DNA of 64,000 nt, taken from contig JBNGIO010006342.1 of assembly GCA_049999805.1 (NCBI GenBank), positions 103,778 to 167,777 on the forward strand, read 5' to 3'. The notes beneath the pieces were generated by a model, which saw only the letters and a program-made list of their open reading frames with translations, was not told the DNA's origin and did not search any database. Positions 24,741-38,090 of the stretch are shown in pieces. Made by a program: the position numbers and the translations under genes. The DNA comes from Folioceros fuciformis. Lineage: Eukaryota. Each line of letters opens with the position of its first letter. Positions within the stretch are counted from its first letter, which is position 1.

Positions 24741-25119
24741 CATGCGTATCATGCTCTGGGGCTGCATGCTTATCATGCTCTACTAAACAGCTTTCTTGCT
24801 TGCATTCAAACCAGCTTTTTCCAAAGGGCCATGCATAAGTAGTTCTTTCCGTTCTTTCCCTCTACACATGCAACACGAATACGTAACTGTGCAACCTCGA
24901 TCCCGGTGCACCACGCACCGAAATGTCTGGGAGAGGTCGTCGAAGAATTCCGACAACCCTTGAATGGCGCCCTTCTTGTTTTCTAAAAGGTGCCAGTCTG
25001 TTATTCGTGACAAGTACAGGCTGTTCTAACGTGTGAGGATCACATTGATACTTCCTGAACAAACCTTGGTTGCGGGCATCATAACTGTGACGGCAGCAAG
25101 GAGGACATAGCCGGAGACT

Positions 25120-26214
25120 CTAGATTGTTTTTGCCACTTTGCGTGGTTCCGTTACTTTGCTTAAAGGGCATTGCATCTCCTTGAGACTGATGGGTACCAG
25201 AGCTGCGCCTGCAACATCAGCAGACAAGCTTAGGTCCCTTGTCAGAGAATCCTACTCGCTGGAAAACCACATACCCCCACAACTGGCAGTGCCTGCCACC
25301 GGCATCTCATTACCGGAATCGCTCTTGGCTGAAACAACACCAAGTTCATCCTTGGCCGTTGAAAGGTAATACGCTCGAGCATCGCCTAGAGAAAGCTGGC
25401 GGAACGATGTCAAGGCTTTACTCTCGCGTCGCAAAACAACTATTGCCTGCTCCCTGCAGTCAAGCTTGACACTGCAACATTCTCAAACAAAGCGATGGAC
25501 TTCGGATACGACTTCAGCCTGTATGATGTCACCAGGGCAGAACGATGCGTGCATGTCGACCTTGTCGATCTCAGTTGCTCTAACATCTTGCTGCCTGCCA
25601 TACAACGTCCCTGATGTTCATTTGTCGTCACCATAGCCAGCTTCGAAATAGGGTTTAGGGGGAACAAGCAGCACCTAACAATGCCTGTGAACTTGTCGGT
25701 CACAGCTCTAGCTCCAACGCATAATACGTCAGCAAAGGCCATTCTTGGTTGAACCTTGGTGACCTGCGCAGCCACGGACGAGTCAGTCCTTGAAGTAACA
25801 GAATTCCAAGAAGAACTTCGGCAGATTTTGCCTGCACCCATCCTTTCTTACAGTCATCAGGTACGAGCAGCACACAAGAATTGAGCCTCACCTTCGCTGT
25901 GACTACGACGCCAGGATTTGGGACAGCACCTTGCTCCCTCCTTCGTCTCACTTCTATAGTCACACGCTGTATGAGGCAACAAGCTATTTATCGATGTCCG
26001 ATACCTTACAATTGCAACTGCTGCAGCAGTGAATCTAACCGGCAGTAGCAGATGTTCAAACCTGGTCAGGCGTACGCACAATGACTTGGGTCCCGAAAAC
26101 AGACGACAGGATTTTATCCTCCCAGACGTAGGTTCCATGCCCGGCTGCATAGTCGTTAGCCCTGCCCAGAACCTCCCCGGGCGTGCGTAGCATTTCCTGT
26201 TCATTTTCTGTCAT
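25120..26214 (-). CDS. CSL4: Exosome complex component CSL4 (EXOSC1), multi-exon
   Basis: Spliced: MTENEQEMLRTPGEVLG..AGHGTY; VPNPGVVVTAKVTKV..DVLCVG..FTGIVRQQDVRATEIDKVDMHASFCPGDIIQAEV; LSLGDARAYYLSTAKDELGVV; EMQCPLSKVTEPRKVAK. Confidence 0.95.
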
Positions 26215-26456
26215 CTCATGTGGTGTAATCTAGATGACCCAGTCGGACAATTCTCCACAATTTGTGAGAGACACCTGAATGACAGGTAGGGCAAAAGCAT
26301 ACATATTAGAGGGTTCTGGGTTCATGGTCAGAAATTTGGTCGGCCTTGATTCATTCTGCAGCGCAAATGCACAAGTGTTCACACCGTGGAAAGTTGGAAG
26401 TGATGTGGTACTTTGCCTAGTAAACCAGCAATGCTGTCTGTGCTGCTGTCATAGAC

Positions 26457-29400
26457 ATGGCTGTGGCACTTGGGGCGGACACGCGCCCAGGCATGGTAGC
26501 AGGGTCAGTTCGCGACTTGCTTCCCTGCACAGGCTTCAGGGTGGCGTCCTCGGACATTCGCCTCCTGGCTTCGCAACAGAGACATTCCCGCAGCTTGTGG
26601 CCGTGTGCTGGTGTCAGTTGTACATCTGCGGTTTCACAGCAGAGAGAGAGAGCTGGGATCTCAGAACAGACATACAGAGGAGGCAAAGATGGTTTCAGAG
26701 GCAACAGTTCATGGAATCCGAGGGACACGGATTCCAGAGGGAGAGACTCAAGAGACTTCAGCGGAAGAGACTCGAGAGATTTCAGAGGGAGAGATTCAAG
26801 GGATTTTGGAGACAGGGATTCAAGAAACTCTGGCTACAGCGATTCCAGGGACTTCAGAAGGGATGTCAGGGACTTTGGTGACAGAGATTCCAGGGACTTC
26901 AGAAGGGATGTGAGAGACTTTGGTGACAGAGATGCCAGAGACTTCAGTAGGGATTCGAGGAACTTCGGAGACAGAGATTACAGGGCTCTCAGGGGAAAGG
27001 GCTCGTCATTTTCCAGGGGGAGAGGCTCTTTTGAGTTTAGGAGGAGGGCGCCTACCGATTTTAAGGGAAATGAACGGCCCAGAAAGGATTACGGGGAGGG
27101 TAGAATCCGGGAAGGGCAGAGGGGGGGATACAAGAGATTTGGTGCAGACCGGCACCGCAAGGATAGGAGGAAGGATACAAACAATGCAGTTTATGAAGTG
27201 TTCGACGAAACAACAGGTGAAAAGGTGATTGTGTTGGGAGTTGATGGTCAGGAACCACCCAAACCTACTCAGAAAGATCTTCAATGGGAGCCTGCGAAAG
27301 TGGTGGTCTCTGGTGTTGTGAGCGAGGAAACTTGGTACAAGGCCATGGAGGCTTCCATGGACGGGCCCTTGGGAGCGTACAGTGTCAGGGGTGTTGTCCA
27401 AGGAAGTGAGACACGTTCTTACACTTGTGTTGGCCTCATTGCATGAGAAGGGATACGCTGTCGCCACCTTCATCACTCTTGCTCCTCGGGCGGCAGATCA
27501 CTATCCCATCACAGTTACCTGTTAGAACGTCTTGTAATGCTGGGTGAAATTCGCATTTGTAGGCTCCTTCTTCTTCGGTTTCCAAGTGTCTGAAAGGGCG
27601 ACGTGGGTTCAAGTCTGAGATACTGTTTAACATGGGTGGTTCTCACAGTTCTCTAATTTTCATGTTCATATCCCCCTGATTGCAGGGACATATGATTCTG
27701 ATGAAGGTGAGCTGAGTGACGAGGATGCTTCTGATGAGGAGGAAGATGCTGAATATTCTGATCTTGAAGAGGATAGTGATGAAGAGGAAGAGGTGGATGA
27801 AGTCAGTGATGGAGGCAGGAGCAGTATGAAGCAAATCACCCGACCGCCAAGAGTAAAGGTTTTCGGGCGTGACTTTGGGGGCAGTTCAAGGGCTAATGCT
27901 GAGGTCTCTACTTCACACGTTCGGGGGGTTGGTGAGAGGCAACGAGCTGCCCCTCCTAAAATTGAGATGGAGGAGGATGAGTCTGAAGGGATGCAGGGGC
28001 CGAAGGATGAGGATGAGGTTGAGGAATTTTATGGGGAACACGAGGAAGTTGACAATGAGGATAGCGATGAAAGTGCTCATAGAAACACATATAGTGATGG
28101 GGATGATGAACATGGGGACAGCGATGGATACAAGCCTACCAGTGTGCCTCTCGAAAATAACCCCGCTCAAATGCCCAAGGCAGACCTCTTGGCAAAGGCA
28201 TCTGTCTCAGGTGTTCCGACCCCTTCATCCAGCTCACCAAGGGGAACGAGGAATGTTTTTGAGACTGACGTAGCTGAACTTCAAAGCCGCTTTCCAGATG
28301 GTGGTATGTGCAGCATGGAGTTCTGCAAACCAAGGTTGCAACCTCGTGTAGTCAAAGTGCAAGCGAAAGTCAGGTCGTTCTGATCCTTGTTTTTTGTTGC
28401 AGCTATTGTGGAGATCATTGACAAAGAGGATGAAGAAACAACCAGCAGAAGTCAAACCTCCAGTGAAAGTAGCATCAGCCGCAATTTTTTTGATACCTTG
28501 AGATATCAAACTTATACAAAATCGGGTGCAACCTCTTCAACAGCTCCCACTGGGAAAAAGAAGTCCTCCAATGTTGGTCTAGGCACTGAGTCATCTGGGG
28601 AAAGTGCTGACTCTGTAGATCGCTTGTCTGGGAAGATAGTCCAAAGGTCCCTGAACATGCAATCAAGGAGCAACTATGACGCAGCTCTATCAGATAGCTT
28701 TTTCAGTCACAAAACTTTCAAATCCATAGGTGCTAGCGAGGAGGTCATCCAGTCTTTGCAAGCCTTGAATGTTCAGCGTCCATCAGAAATTCAGGTAAAT
28801 GCTCTAGCTTTTCGCACTGTTTTTGAGCAACAAGCACACAGAGGTTGGGAAAATTATCCACTGGTTGGAGTGCCAGTCACTGCTTGCCACTCGCAAGGTA
28901 ATTACCACAGTAGAAGTGTAATTACCTTCTGCACAAAAGTACAGACAGCTTATAATCTGTTCCTTGCAGGCTATTGCATATCAGCGTGTTCTAGAGGGTG
29001 AAAGCTGCATTATCGCTGATCAGACTGGGTCCGGAAAGACATTAGCGTATTTAGCACCTCTAGTGCAATATATTCGTGAGAAGGAAAGGACGAATGGCAG
29101 AGTAGGTGCGAAGAAGCCACGGGTTGTGGTCCTGGTTCCAACAAACGAGCTGGCGAATCAGGTTGCATGCTATCTGTATCCCGTCCATAGTTATCTTCAG
29201 TCATAGTCTCCATTTCATTTAACTAGTATTGTGGTAACGTTGTTGACGTGCGTGTCCAGGTACTGAATGTGTGCCGAGCTGTCTCGAGGAGTGGTCTGCA
29301 TTTCAGATCTACGCTAATAACAGGAGGTTTTAAGTGGAAACCACAAGTGGAAAGTTTAGAGCAGGGGTCAGAAATTGTGATAGCTACGCCAGGTCGGTTT

Positions 29401-30574
29401 CTCCAGCATCTACAAGAGGGAAATATCCAGCTCGACGAATTGAGAAGGTGAACACATTTCGGCTCCTATGTTCTCAACCACAGAGCTTTGCTGGTTGCTT
29501 CTGTTCGCTTGTGTACCAACCTATGCTATCATGAAAGACATGACGTTAGATTTCCTGGATTTGCATGCGCGCAGCTTGGTTGTGGATGAAGCAGATGTTC
29601 TGTATGACGATGAAGAGTTTTCAGCGGCATTGCAGACTATCAAAAAGTCTGTTAGCAGACCAACACAATACATTCATGTCACTGCAACTCTTCCCGTGGA
29701 TGTACATGACAAGTTGACAAAGCTATATCCAGGCTGTGCCTCTTTGATGGGTCCAAGCTTGCACCGGACGGCTATCGGCCTGCAAGAGGTGAGTTGGCAG
29801 TACCTTAGCCGGATTTGTGTGCATGGGAAAGGCTTTTTCAACCGCCCCTTCAGCTGATTGGTCCTCGGGTGTAGATCCTTGTAGACTGCAGCGCAGCAGA
29901 TGGAAATGAGAAGACTCCGGAAACAGCATTTTTGGCAAAGAAAATTGCCTTGCTGCAGCTGGTACAGCAGAGACCAGTGCCAAAGAGTATCGTCTTCTGC
30001 AACAAGGTCATCCCCCTGTTGCCCACACACCTGGTATCAAATGTTGTCTGAGCTGCCTCTCACGTACTTTCCGTTGGCAGATAGAAACATGCAGGAAGGT
30101 GGAGAACGTCCTTAGCAGGTACGACAGAAATGGAGAGAAGTTGGTGGTTCTACCATACCATGCAGCTCTAACTCAAGATGCTCGGGCCAAAAGTCTGGAG
30201 CAGTTTCTCCAACTAAACCCAGAAAAACCAACAATTCTAGTGTGCACCGACAGGTCGAGTTTAAGCATCCTTCCTGAAGTCTTGTTGTTCTGCGAGAAGG
30301 AAACCGTCTTAGCCTGCTGACGACTATCTTACATCTCTCCCGCAGGGCCTCTAGAGGACTGGACTCCATTGATGTGGAGCATGTTGTGCTATTCGACTAC
30401 CCCCGGGATCCCAGCGAGTACGTGCGGAGGGTAGGAAGGACAGCCCGTGGAGCCGGAGGCACGGGTAAAGCTTATGTGTTCGTGGTGGGCAAGCAGGTGT
30501 CGTTAGCTCGCCGAATCATGACCCGTAACGAGAAAGGCCATCCCATTCATTCTGTGCCCAATCCGATGTACTAA
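26457..30574 (+). CDS. RH50: DEAD-box RNA helicase, RH50-like (probably organellar), multi-exon, with R/D-rich repeats and acidic N-terminal extension
   Basis: Q motif (FKSIG..RPSEIQ), [69 protein letters not shown], and C-terminal [12 protein letters not shown] as recalled for RH50. Confidence 0.85.
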
Positions 30575-31146
30575 ATGCGGAATCCTAGCTGTGGTAGGTT
30601 CCACATTAGGAGGTTCACTGGGGTGAAGGAATTGCTGGGAGCTCTTACCGGAAGCTTATCTTAGAAGCTGGTCTCCCCAGGATCCACATTCGGGCTGTCA
30701 GGCCACCGATTGTACCAGGAAGTTGTTGGATACCTTGGGCCCTAACCTTTTCACTCTCGTTTGGAAATGCGTTGTTTGCTGTCGAACATTGGGTGGGCCA
30801 AAACCTCGCATCCCTAATAGCACATGGATCGATCTATGTGTCTCTGTTTTGTGCGACTGTGTGTCTCAAACACTTTGTGTACAAGAACATTTCAGGCCAT
30901 CCGTGTAGCCGTATGTCCGTTACGAAAGGTGAAACCTGGTAAATAAGGTGCTATTGAGTGACTCCGTCCCACTGCAGCCATAGCAAAGTGAAATAGAGAC
31001 GTTGAGTTACAGGATAAGTTTGAATTTCCCCAGGCCCGTTGCGTGAAGTGGGTAACTTTCCGCTGCTTGCTGGATAATTCACCGGCTCTCGCGCTGGCGA
31101 GTTTTTTGAACGTTAGCACAGGCGGTAGCCTGGAGTCTCAGGCGCG

Positions 31147-33822
31147 ATGGAGGAGGCGAGGCTGCTTTGCCTGGTGGAGTCTGCCACTGATGCGTTCGAC
31201 AGAATGGAAACTCAGGTGACGCAGCACCAGTACAGCCTCCTGGAAGCTGCATTGCGGTCAATTCGTCAGATCGTGCCTTCCTTCGAGTTTTCATCCTGGA
31301 GGAAGGGAGTGTCTCGGAAGTCGCCGGCTCCGGCCTTGCATGCGGTGGATGACAGCGTCCTTGATGCAGCACAAGGGAAAGGAGCGGTTGTGGAGGATGA
31401 AAATGTGGAGAGTTTGGAGGAATGCTACAAGGTAGAGACTGTGCCGATTCTTCAAGACGCGGACGGAGTGGAGGAATGCGGAGAGGTGGAGATATTTCTA
31501 GCCCTGCAAGACGGGGATAGGATAGGGGAGTGCGCGGAGGTAGAGGTAGTGGCGAGGAGTAGAGAACTTGTGACTGCGGGGCATAATTCGGAAGAGGTCG
31601 AGAGGCGTTTCTCTTTGGGGAAGTCGTTGTCTTCTTTGGCTCTGCTGGAGGTCGATTGCGCTCCGGATGGCAATGTCAGCCCGCAAGACGATCCGCAATT
31701 GCAGGAGATGGAACAGTGTGTCTGCCCGCAAGATTCTGTGCAAGTGGAGGGAAGGGAGCAGGATCCAGAGCCCGCCTCCCCGTTGCCTCTTGAGGATGAG
31801 GGTGAGTGCTTACCTGACGAGGGTGTTGCGCGCTCGGCACTCGAAGTAATTGATTGCACGCGTGACACTGACGTGAACCCGCAGGATGCCGTGCCAATGG
31901 AGGAAAAGGAAGTGAGTGTATCCCGGTCATCTTTGCCTTTTGATGATGAGAGTAGGAGTCAACGGGATGGTGTCGTTGGTGATGAGGACGGGCGCTGGCA
32001 GGCTGGCGAAAATGCTGCAGAGTCTTTAGCTGAGGCTGAAATTGTGGCTGAGTTTCCTGCCGGAGATGACAGTTCCTTGCATTCCGTTCCGGCTGCCAGT
32101 GATGGGGAAAGGGAGCAGAGTATGCCAAGTTTGTCCTTAGACTTGGGTGCTGTTTTCCCCACGGACTGTAGCCAGAGAGATCTGGCTTCGTTGCCCCTTG
32201 TACCTCTCCCGGTTCCTGAGGAGGATGTAGTTGACATGGACTGGCAGCAGCGTCGTGAACAGAGTATTGCTGCTGGAATAGGGCTCGAAGGACGCAATGG
32301 CAGTGATGTGTCAAAGCAAAGGCGTGGAAATGTGGTGGATAGAACAAATGGCCTTAAGTCTTTCCTTCCTCTGATGAAACACCAAGCTGTGCCCCCACCA
32401 TCCAGAGTGGTTAAAGTGTGGGCACTGGAGGCGGCGCAAGCTGCTAAGAAGGTGGAGGAGCAAAGGGATCGTGAAAGGAAGCTGAGGAAAGAGCAACAGA
32501 AGTTGCAGAAAGAAGAGAAAGCAAAGCAGCTGCGAGACGAAGAGAGACAAAAAGAACGAAAGACGAGAGTAGAGCAGGAGAAGTTGTCCGAGGTAGGGAA
32601 CAAAGCGTTGGCAAAAGTTGGTGTCACTAATAGGATACCCGCTGACTGTACCATGAAGAAGAGGAAATTGACCAGTACAGGTGCGAGGGGAGTCTTGACA
32701 GATTGCAGTCACATGTTCCTTAACTCTCATGTTGTTCCTTCCAAAGTCAACCGAGCCTCGGAGGTGAAAAGTAGAACAGATCAAGAGAAGGTAAGGAAGG
32801 CAGAAGAGGATAGGAGAAGAAGGGAGGAGGAGTTTAAGAAACTAGAAGAGGAAATGAAGAAGAAGNNNNNNNNNNNNNNNNNNNNNNNNNNNNNNNNNNN
32901 NNNNNNNNNNNNNNNNNNNNNNNNNNNNNNNNNNNNNNNNNNNNNNNNNNNNNNNNNNNNNNNNNGAGATGGAAGAGCAGGATGGGAAACGAAGGAAGGA
33001 AGATGAAGCAATACCATCAAGCGAAGAGAGACAGCAAGCTGAGATGGCAGATGGTGAGAAAGGACTCACTCCAGTGCAAGCAAGGCCAATAGTAGCTGTA
33101 GACCTGGGGCCACAGTCTTACGAGATTTCACCTTATCGTGCTTCGTCCGATGACGAAGATGAAGATGAGGAGGATGAAGCAAATGGGTCAACCAAGAAGG
33201 AGCAAAAACCAATTCCTTTATGGGCCAGGTTTTTCCTCAACTTCACCACTCGTTTCTTGCGACTTTGCCATGTGTCACCTCAGAGCGTTTTAGAAAAAAA
33301 CAGCTTACCTGACTATAATTTCTTCCCCTCGACCCTTCTTTCCGCCGTGCCAGGTCTGAGTACTTGCTGCCAGCAATTATCAAACAGCAACATATAGATC
33401 CTGACAACATTTTTTCTGGTGCGAAAACCTGTAGCCTGAATGAAGGTGAGTGTTCTCCAGACATTTGAACACGGACTGTTTTTCTGTAAGGGAGAGAACA
33501 AAATAGATGCTGACGGATTATAGGTGGTTCTGTGAGATTTTCCTTTCAAGTGCAGAGTTTGATGGAAAGGAATGGAAGATGGATTGGGGGGGGGGGGGGG
33601 GTTAGCACTGTGTGAACCGTGTTGTGGGTCCAGGAAAAATGATGGTGTGAATTGTTTGCAGTCTTCGGCACGAAGGGGTCTAAGAAGAAGGGAGACTGGG
33701 GCAAGCGGAGTCTGAGTGGCAACTGGTTAGAAGACCGTGTCACTTGGAAGGAGGAGTTGCTGTATAAGCAGCTAATGGGGTACTCATCATGTGTTCAGGC
33801 TATCGCTGAGAATGAGTCTTAG
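31147..33822 (+). CDS. INCENP: Inner centromere protein (INCENP/WYRD-like) with C-terminal IN-box; coding sequence interrupted by a gap at 32866-32965
   Basis: Charged coiled coil (VKVWALEAAQAAKKVEEQRDRERK) followed by an IN-box: SYEISPY..DDEDE..KPIPLWAR/..IDPDNIF..CSLNE/VF..KRSLSGNWLEDRVTWKEELLYK. Confidence 0.85.
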
Positions 33823-34816
33823 CAGGATATGCCTGCCCTCTTTCAGCTGGTCCATGACAAGGGAATGGACCAACTGGTCTGTAAGAAATATCTTTCCTAC
33901 CCTCAAATCCTTCACCTGTACCATAACCTGGCGACCATTGACAAAGAGACAAAAACTTGGTCTATAGGACACCAATTTAGCGTGAGGCAATTTGCAATTG
34001 CTTGATTCCCAACGAGATGGCAGGGAAACCTTGTCTCCACCTAGATAAACGAAACCAAACATCACTTCGACGAAAATTAAGTTGGGCATACTGCATTAAC
34101 AGCAAAGCTTGATGCATTTAGATCAAAGCATGATCAAACACATCAGCTACTTGTGGACAAAGCAGATGCCGTGAAGTGAGGCTAAGCAGGCCCGTACTAC
34201 TTACGAAAATCAACATACGAAGTGACCATGAAGAGATGTTCAACACCATGTGCTCCTGCAGCAGCACTCGGAGTCGTTCAAAAGTCTCTTCCGTTCGATA
34301 TGGGTATCAACAGAGGATATCCACTTCACATTGTAGATATAGGATTTCTCTTCTTCAGGACGATCCTAAAATATGATAATTTATATTTATCTATGATTGA
34401 GGAACATGAGCTCCTAATTGGTCAGAATATTAAGAAACTTGGTTTTTAGGCTTATAGGTTAATGAATACTTATACATGCTGAAATTTGACGCAACAGATT
34501 TAAAATATTGATATTTTTATATCATTTAATTATTTTTTATTTTATTATTAAACAAGATTTTTATTTAAAGTAATTATTATAAAACAAACTGTAATATATT
34601 AGAAGTATAGAAAGAATCTCTTATTCAGACATCATTTTCAAAAACTGCCATGTCCATGCAACAAGTTGGATCCATGTAGGCTTATTTGTAAGAGTAAGAA
34701 ACAAAGAAACCATAAACTAAAATGGAGCTTTACATCTTAAAGAAAAGATGAGAAATCCCACCTACTCTACAAATGAGGAGGAAGACTCTTCAAATGGCTA
34801 AAAGGAGGAGGGAGGT

Positions 34817-34955
34817 TCAACCTCTAGTACTAATACCACTCTTAAGGATCAGCCTCTAGTATTAATATCACTCATAAGGATCAACCTCTAGCACTAATAC
34901 CACTCCTAAGGATCAACCTCTAGTGCTAATACCACTCCTAAGGATCAACCCCTAC
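34817..34955. repeat. 32-bp tandem repeat, about 4 copies
   Basis: Unit TCAACCTCTAGTACTAATACCACTCCTAAGGA with variants. Confidence 0.9.
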
Positions 34956-35157
34956 CACTACCTCTCTTACAATTACGTACCATCCCAAGATATCCGATAA
35001 GAGATGACGAAGGTCTAAGATGTTGTGATTAAGATGACGATAAGAGATGACGAAGATCTAAGATGTTGTGATTAAGATGACGAAAATCCTACCTGCCATA
35101 GTTGTTGATGAAGCCACTCATCTTGCATTTATTGCCATCATGTGAAGTGTGTTGGGC

Positions 35158-35530
35158 AATGCTCTTTGTAGGGCAATGCAGACATGCTATGGAAAGGAAG
35201 CTAATGCTCNNNNNNNNNNNNNNNNNNNNNNNNNNNNNNNNNNNNNNNNNNNNNNNNNNNNNNNNNNNNNNNNNNNNNNNNNNNNNNNNNNNNNNNNNNN
35301 NNNNNNNNNTTGTAGGGCAATGCAGACATGCTATGGAAAGGAAGCTAATGCTCTTTGTAGGGCTATGAAGACATGCTATGCAAAGGAAGCTAATGCTCTT
35401 TGTATGGCAATAAAGACATGCTATCGAAAGGAAGCTAATGCTCTTTGTAGGGCAATGAAGACATGTTATGGAAAAGAAACTAATGCTCTTTGTATGACAA
35501 TGAAGATATGCTATCCAAAAGAAACTAATA
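35158..35530. repeat. 45-bp tandem repeat spanning a gap
   Basis: Unit AATGCTCTTTGTAGGGCAATGMAGACATGCTATGGAAAGGAAGCT. A diverged copy lies near 38408-38470. Confidence 0.9.
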
Positions 35531-35919
35531 CAGAGGACAAGGGGAGACCAAATGGTGTCATAAACTTTGGCATACTCCTTGATTAGCTTGGAAAAGTCCT
35601 CGCCATGGCCATATGGGTCTCAAAAGTAGAAGAATACTTGTGGACCTTGGTTGTGGCTTTTTCTTAGCCACCTAGCTTGGAGGGTTAATGAGAATGTGAT
35701 TGAATATGAAAACCATAGCTTAGGGTGTTGATTATAATGTGCTCGAATATAAAAGCCCTAGCTCAGAGGATTGATGATAGCATGCTCAAATATAGAAGCC
35801 TAGCTCAGAGGGTTGATAATAAAGATGTGATTGAATATAGAAACCCTAGTGGGAAACAGGAGAGAAATTTCAGACTTTGCTCTTCACTCTTCCTTTATCA
35901 CCTTAGTGAAAGGGCTGAT

Positions 35920-36370
35920 GATAATTATGAGAGTACTTGTGGACCTTGCTTATTGTCCTTCCACTACCATCTTAGCTCAAAGGGCTAATAATAATTAGCA
36001 AAGTACCTGTGGACCTTACTCGTCGCTCTTCCTCTTCCACCTTAGCTCTAAGGTTTGATGACAATTAGCAAAGTACTTATGGACCTTGCTCATCACTCTT
36101 CCTTTGCCATCTTAGCTCAAAGGGCTAATAATAATTAGGAGAGTACTTGTGGACCTTACTCGTCGCTCTTCCTCTTCCACCTTAGCTCTAAGGCCTGATG
36201 ACAATTAGCAAAGTACTTATGGACCTTGCTCATCACTCTTCCTTTGCCACCTTAGCTCAAAGGGTTAATGATAATTAGGAGAGTACTTGTGGACCTTGCT
36301 TGTCGCTCATCATCCGCCACCTTTCTTCCTCCATCACCTTATCTCAAAGGGCTCATGATCATTAGGAGAG
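35920..36370. repeat. 70-bp tandem repeat with alternating A/B variants (140-bp higher-order unit)
   Basis: The GTACYTRTGGACCTT anchor recurs at 35933, 36003, 36073, 36143, 36213 and 36283. Confidence 0.9.
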
Positions 36371-36539
36371 TGCAAAGAGGGAACATATGCATGTTGCTTA
36401 GATGGTTTTCACAAGTCCCACTAGGGTTTCCATATTTCAACTCATTATTGTAACCCTTGGAGATAAGGTGACGGAGAAAGAAAGGTGGTAGAGGACGAGA
36501 GAGGTCAAATTTGCAATTCCCTGGAAGTATATGGGAGCA

Positions 36540-36720
36540 TTCTTCAGCCCAAAAGGGCATAGTCTCCCATTCCCAAAGCTAATTCTTTCCCAAGAAAGCT
36601 GTTTTGCACTTGTTTTGTTCTTTTGGAACCAGAGGGAAAATCCAAAGGGATAAAGTACTTGGCCCTACCAATTGCATCAAAGATCTCATCTTGAGTAGGC
36701 ATGGGGTACAACTCTAGTAC
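36540..36720 (-). mobile_element. Degenerate Ty3/Gypsy reverse-transcriptase fragment
   Basis: YPMPTQDEIFDAIGRAKYFIPLDFPSG then frameshifted KTAF...WEWETMPF, resembling the YP(L/M)P.ID..F..LD..SG and KTAF..MPFG RT motifs. Confidence 0.7.
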
Positions 36721-37894
36721 ATGGGCACTCCTTATAGAGAAAAAAACCCAAACTCCCTTGTCACAAAAACCCAAACTCCCTTGTCACTAGAACATCGCAG
36801 CGTCGGGACTACATTATACGTCATAAAAAACATCACATCCTAAACTATCTTATAAGTTATTGAAAACATCACATCGTGAGCCACATCATATGTTTTCTAA
36901 TGAGAGCACGTGCAAGGTGGTGCCAAGAGTTCTTGACTCACAACCCCACAACTACATGTAAAGAAAAGATAAGAAAAGAAAAGAAAAGAAAAAAAAGCCA
37001 AAGATGAATGAAGCTCAAACAAAATCTCTCTACATAGGATAGTAAGAAAACATGAAAAGTCTCATCTACCCATGCCTATCATAAGAATAGCTAACTAAAG
37101 CATAAAGATCCAAGAAAGAAAAATGTCTACTTAGGAAAAGTGCCTCTTGTGCTTGTTGACATCTTGTAAGTTGCAACTAAGGTGGACACCTTTTGGAGGA
37201 TGGATAAAACTATGAAAAAAAAGAGCTCTATTCATTTTGAGGAGCGAAATATTGATCCATGTCAATGAAAATAACTTACAATGAGGTGAAGAACATATTC
37301 AGATGGAATTCTAACCATCCACTGTAAATTATCTTATGTATATTCTTCAGCTATTTTGGGATCAATTGATTGTTGGGCTTGAATTTCATGCTTCTTCTAA
37401 CGCACAAAAACAAGCATTAGATATTTCATTTTAAGTCAAGGGTGAACAAAGAGAGTTCAAAATATTCTCTTGTCTAACATAACATGCCTTCATCCCCTCA
37501 CCACTAGGACCCATGAGTTTATGTCTTTTTCTAAGTTGCTCAAGGCAAAGTGCTAAGAAGTGCAATGGTGGGGAGTGGTTTGGTCCCTATCACTGTTCTC
37601 CTTGTGGCAAAATTGGACGGCAATGGTCTACGGGGGGAGTGAGCCGGTTGCTAGGAAAGCTCTATTATGTCACATATGGGAATAGGTACTTGTGGTCGCA
37701 GGTAAGTTCGTTAAGGGCCGGGTGGCTCTCGGACGTAGGATAATTCATAATTCAGCTTTGCTCGCTTCTGCAACTTAGGCTTAGAGTGCAGGCTTACATC
37801 TCATTCAGTTGCATACGTAATTGCTATGCCTTATTGTAGCCTAAACGACGAATAATCAATTTTTTTCTTCGCGAAAAAAAAAAAAAAAGGTGCT

Positions 37895-38090
37895 AAGAAG
37901 GTAGGATAGATGTAAGAGTAGGGTTGGCCTCCCTCTTTCATGTATTCTGGCTTTCTAAGAAGTAGCATAGATGTAAGAGTAGGATTGACCTCCCTCTTTC
38001 ATACATTGCGGCTTTCTAAGAAGTAGCTAAGATGCAAGAGCAAGGTTGGCCTCCCTCTTTCATGCATTGGGCCAATCTAAGAAGTAGCAT
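37895..38090. repeat. ~60-bp tandem repeat, 3 copies
   Basis: AGATGTAAGAGTAGGRTTGRCCTCCCTCTTTCAT...TAAGAAGTAGC repeated. Confidence 0.85.
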
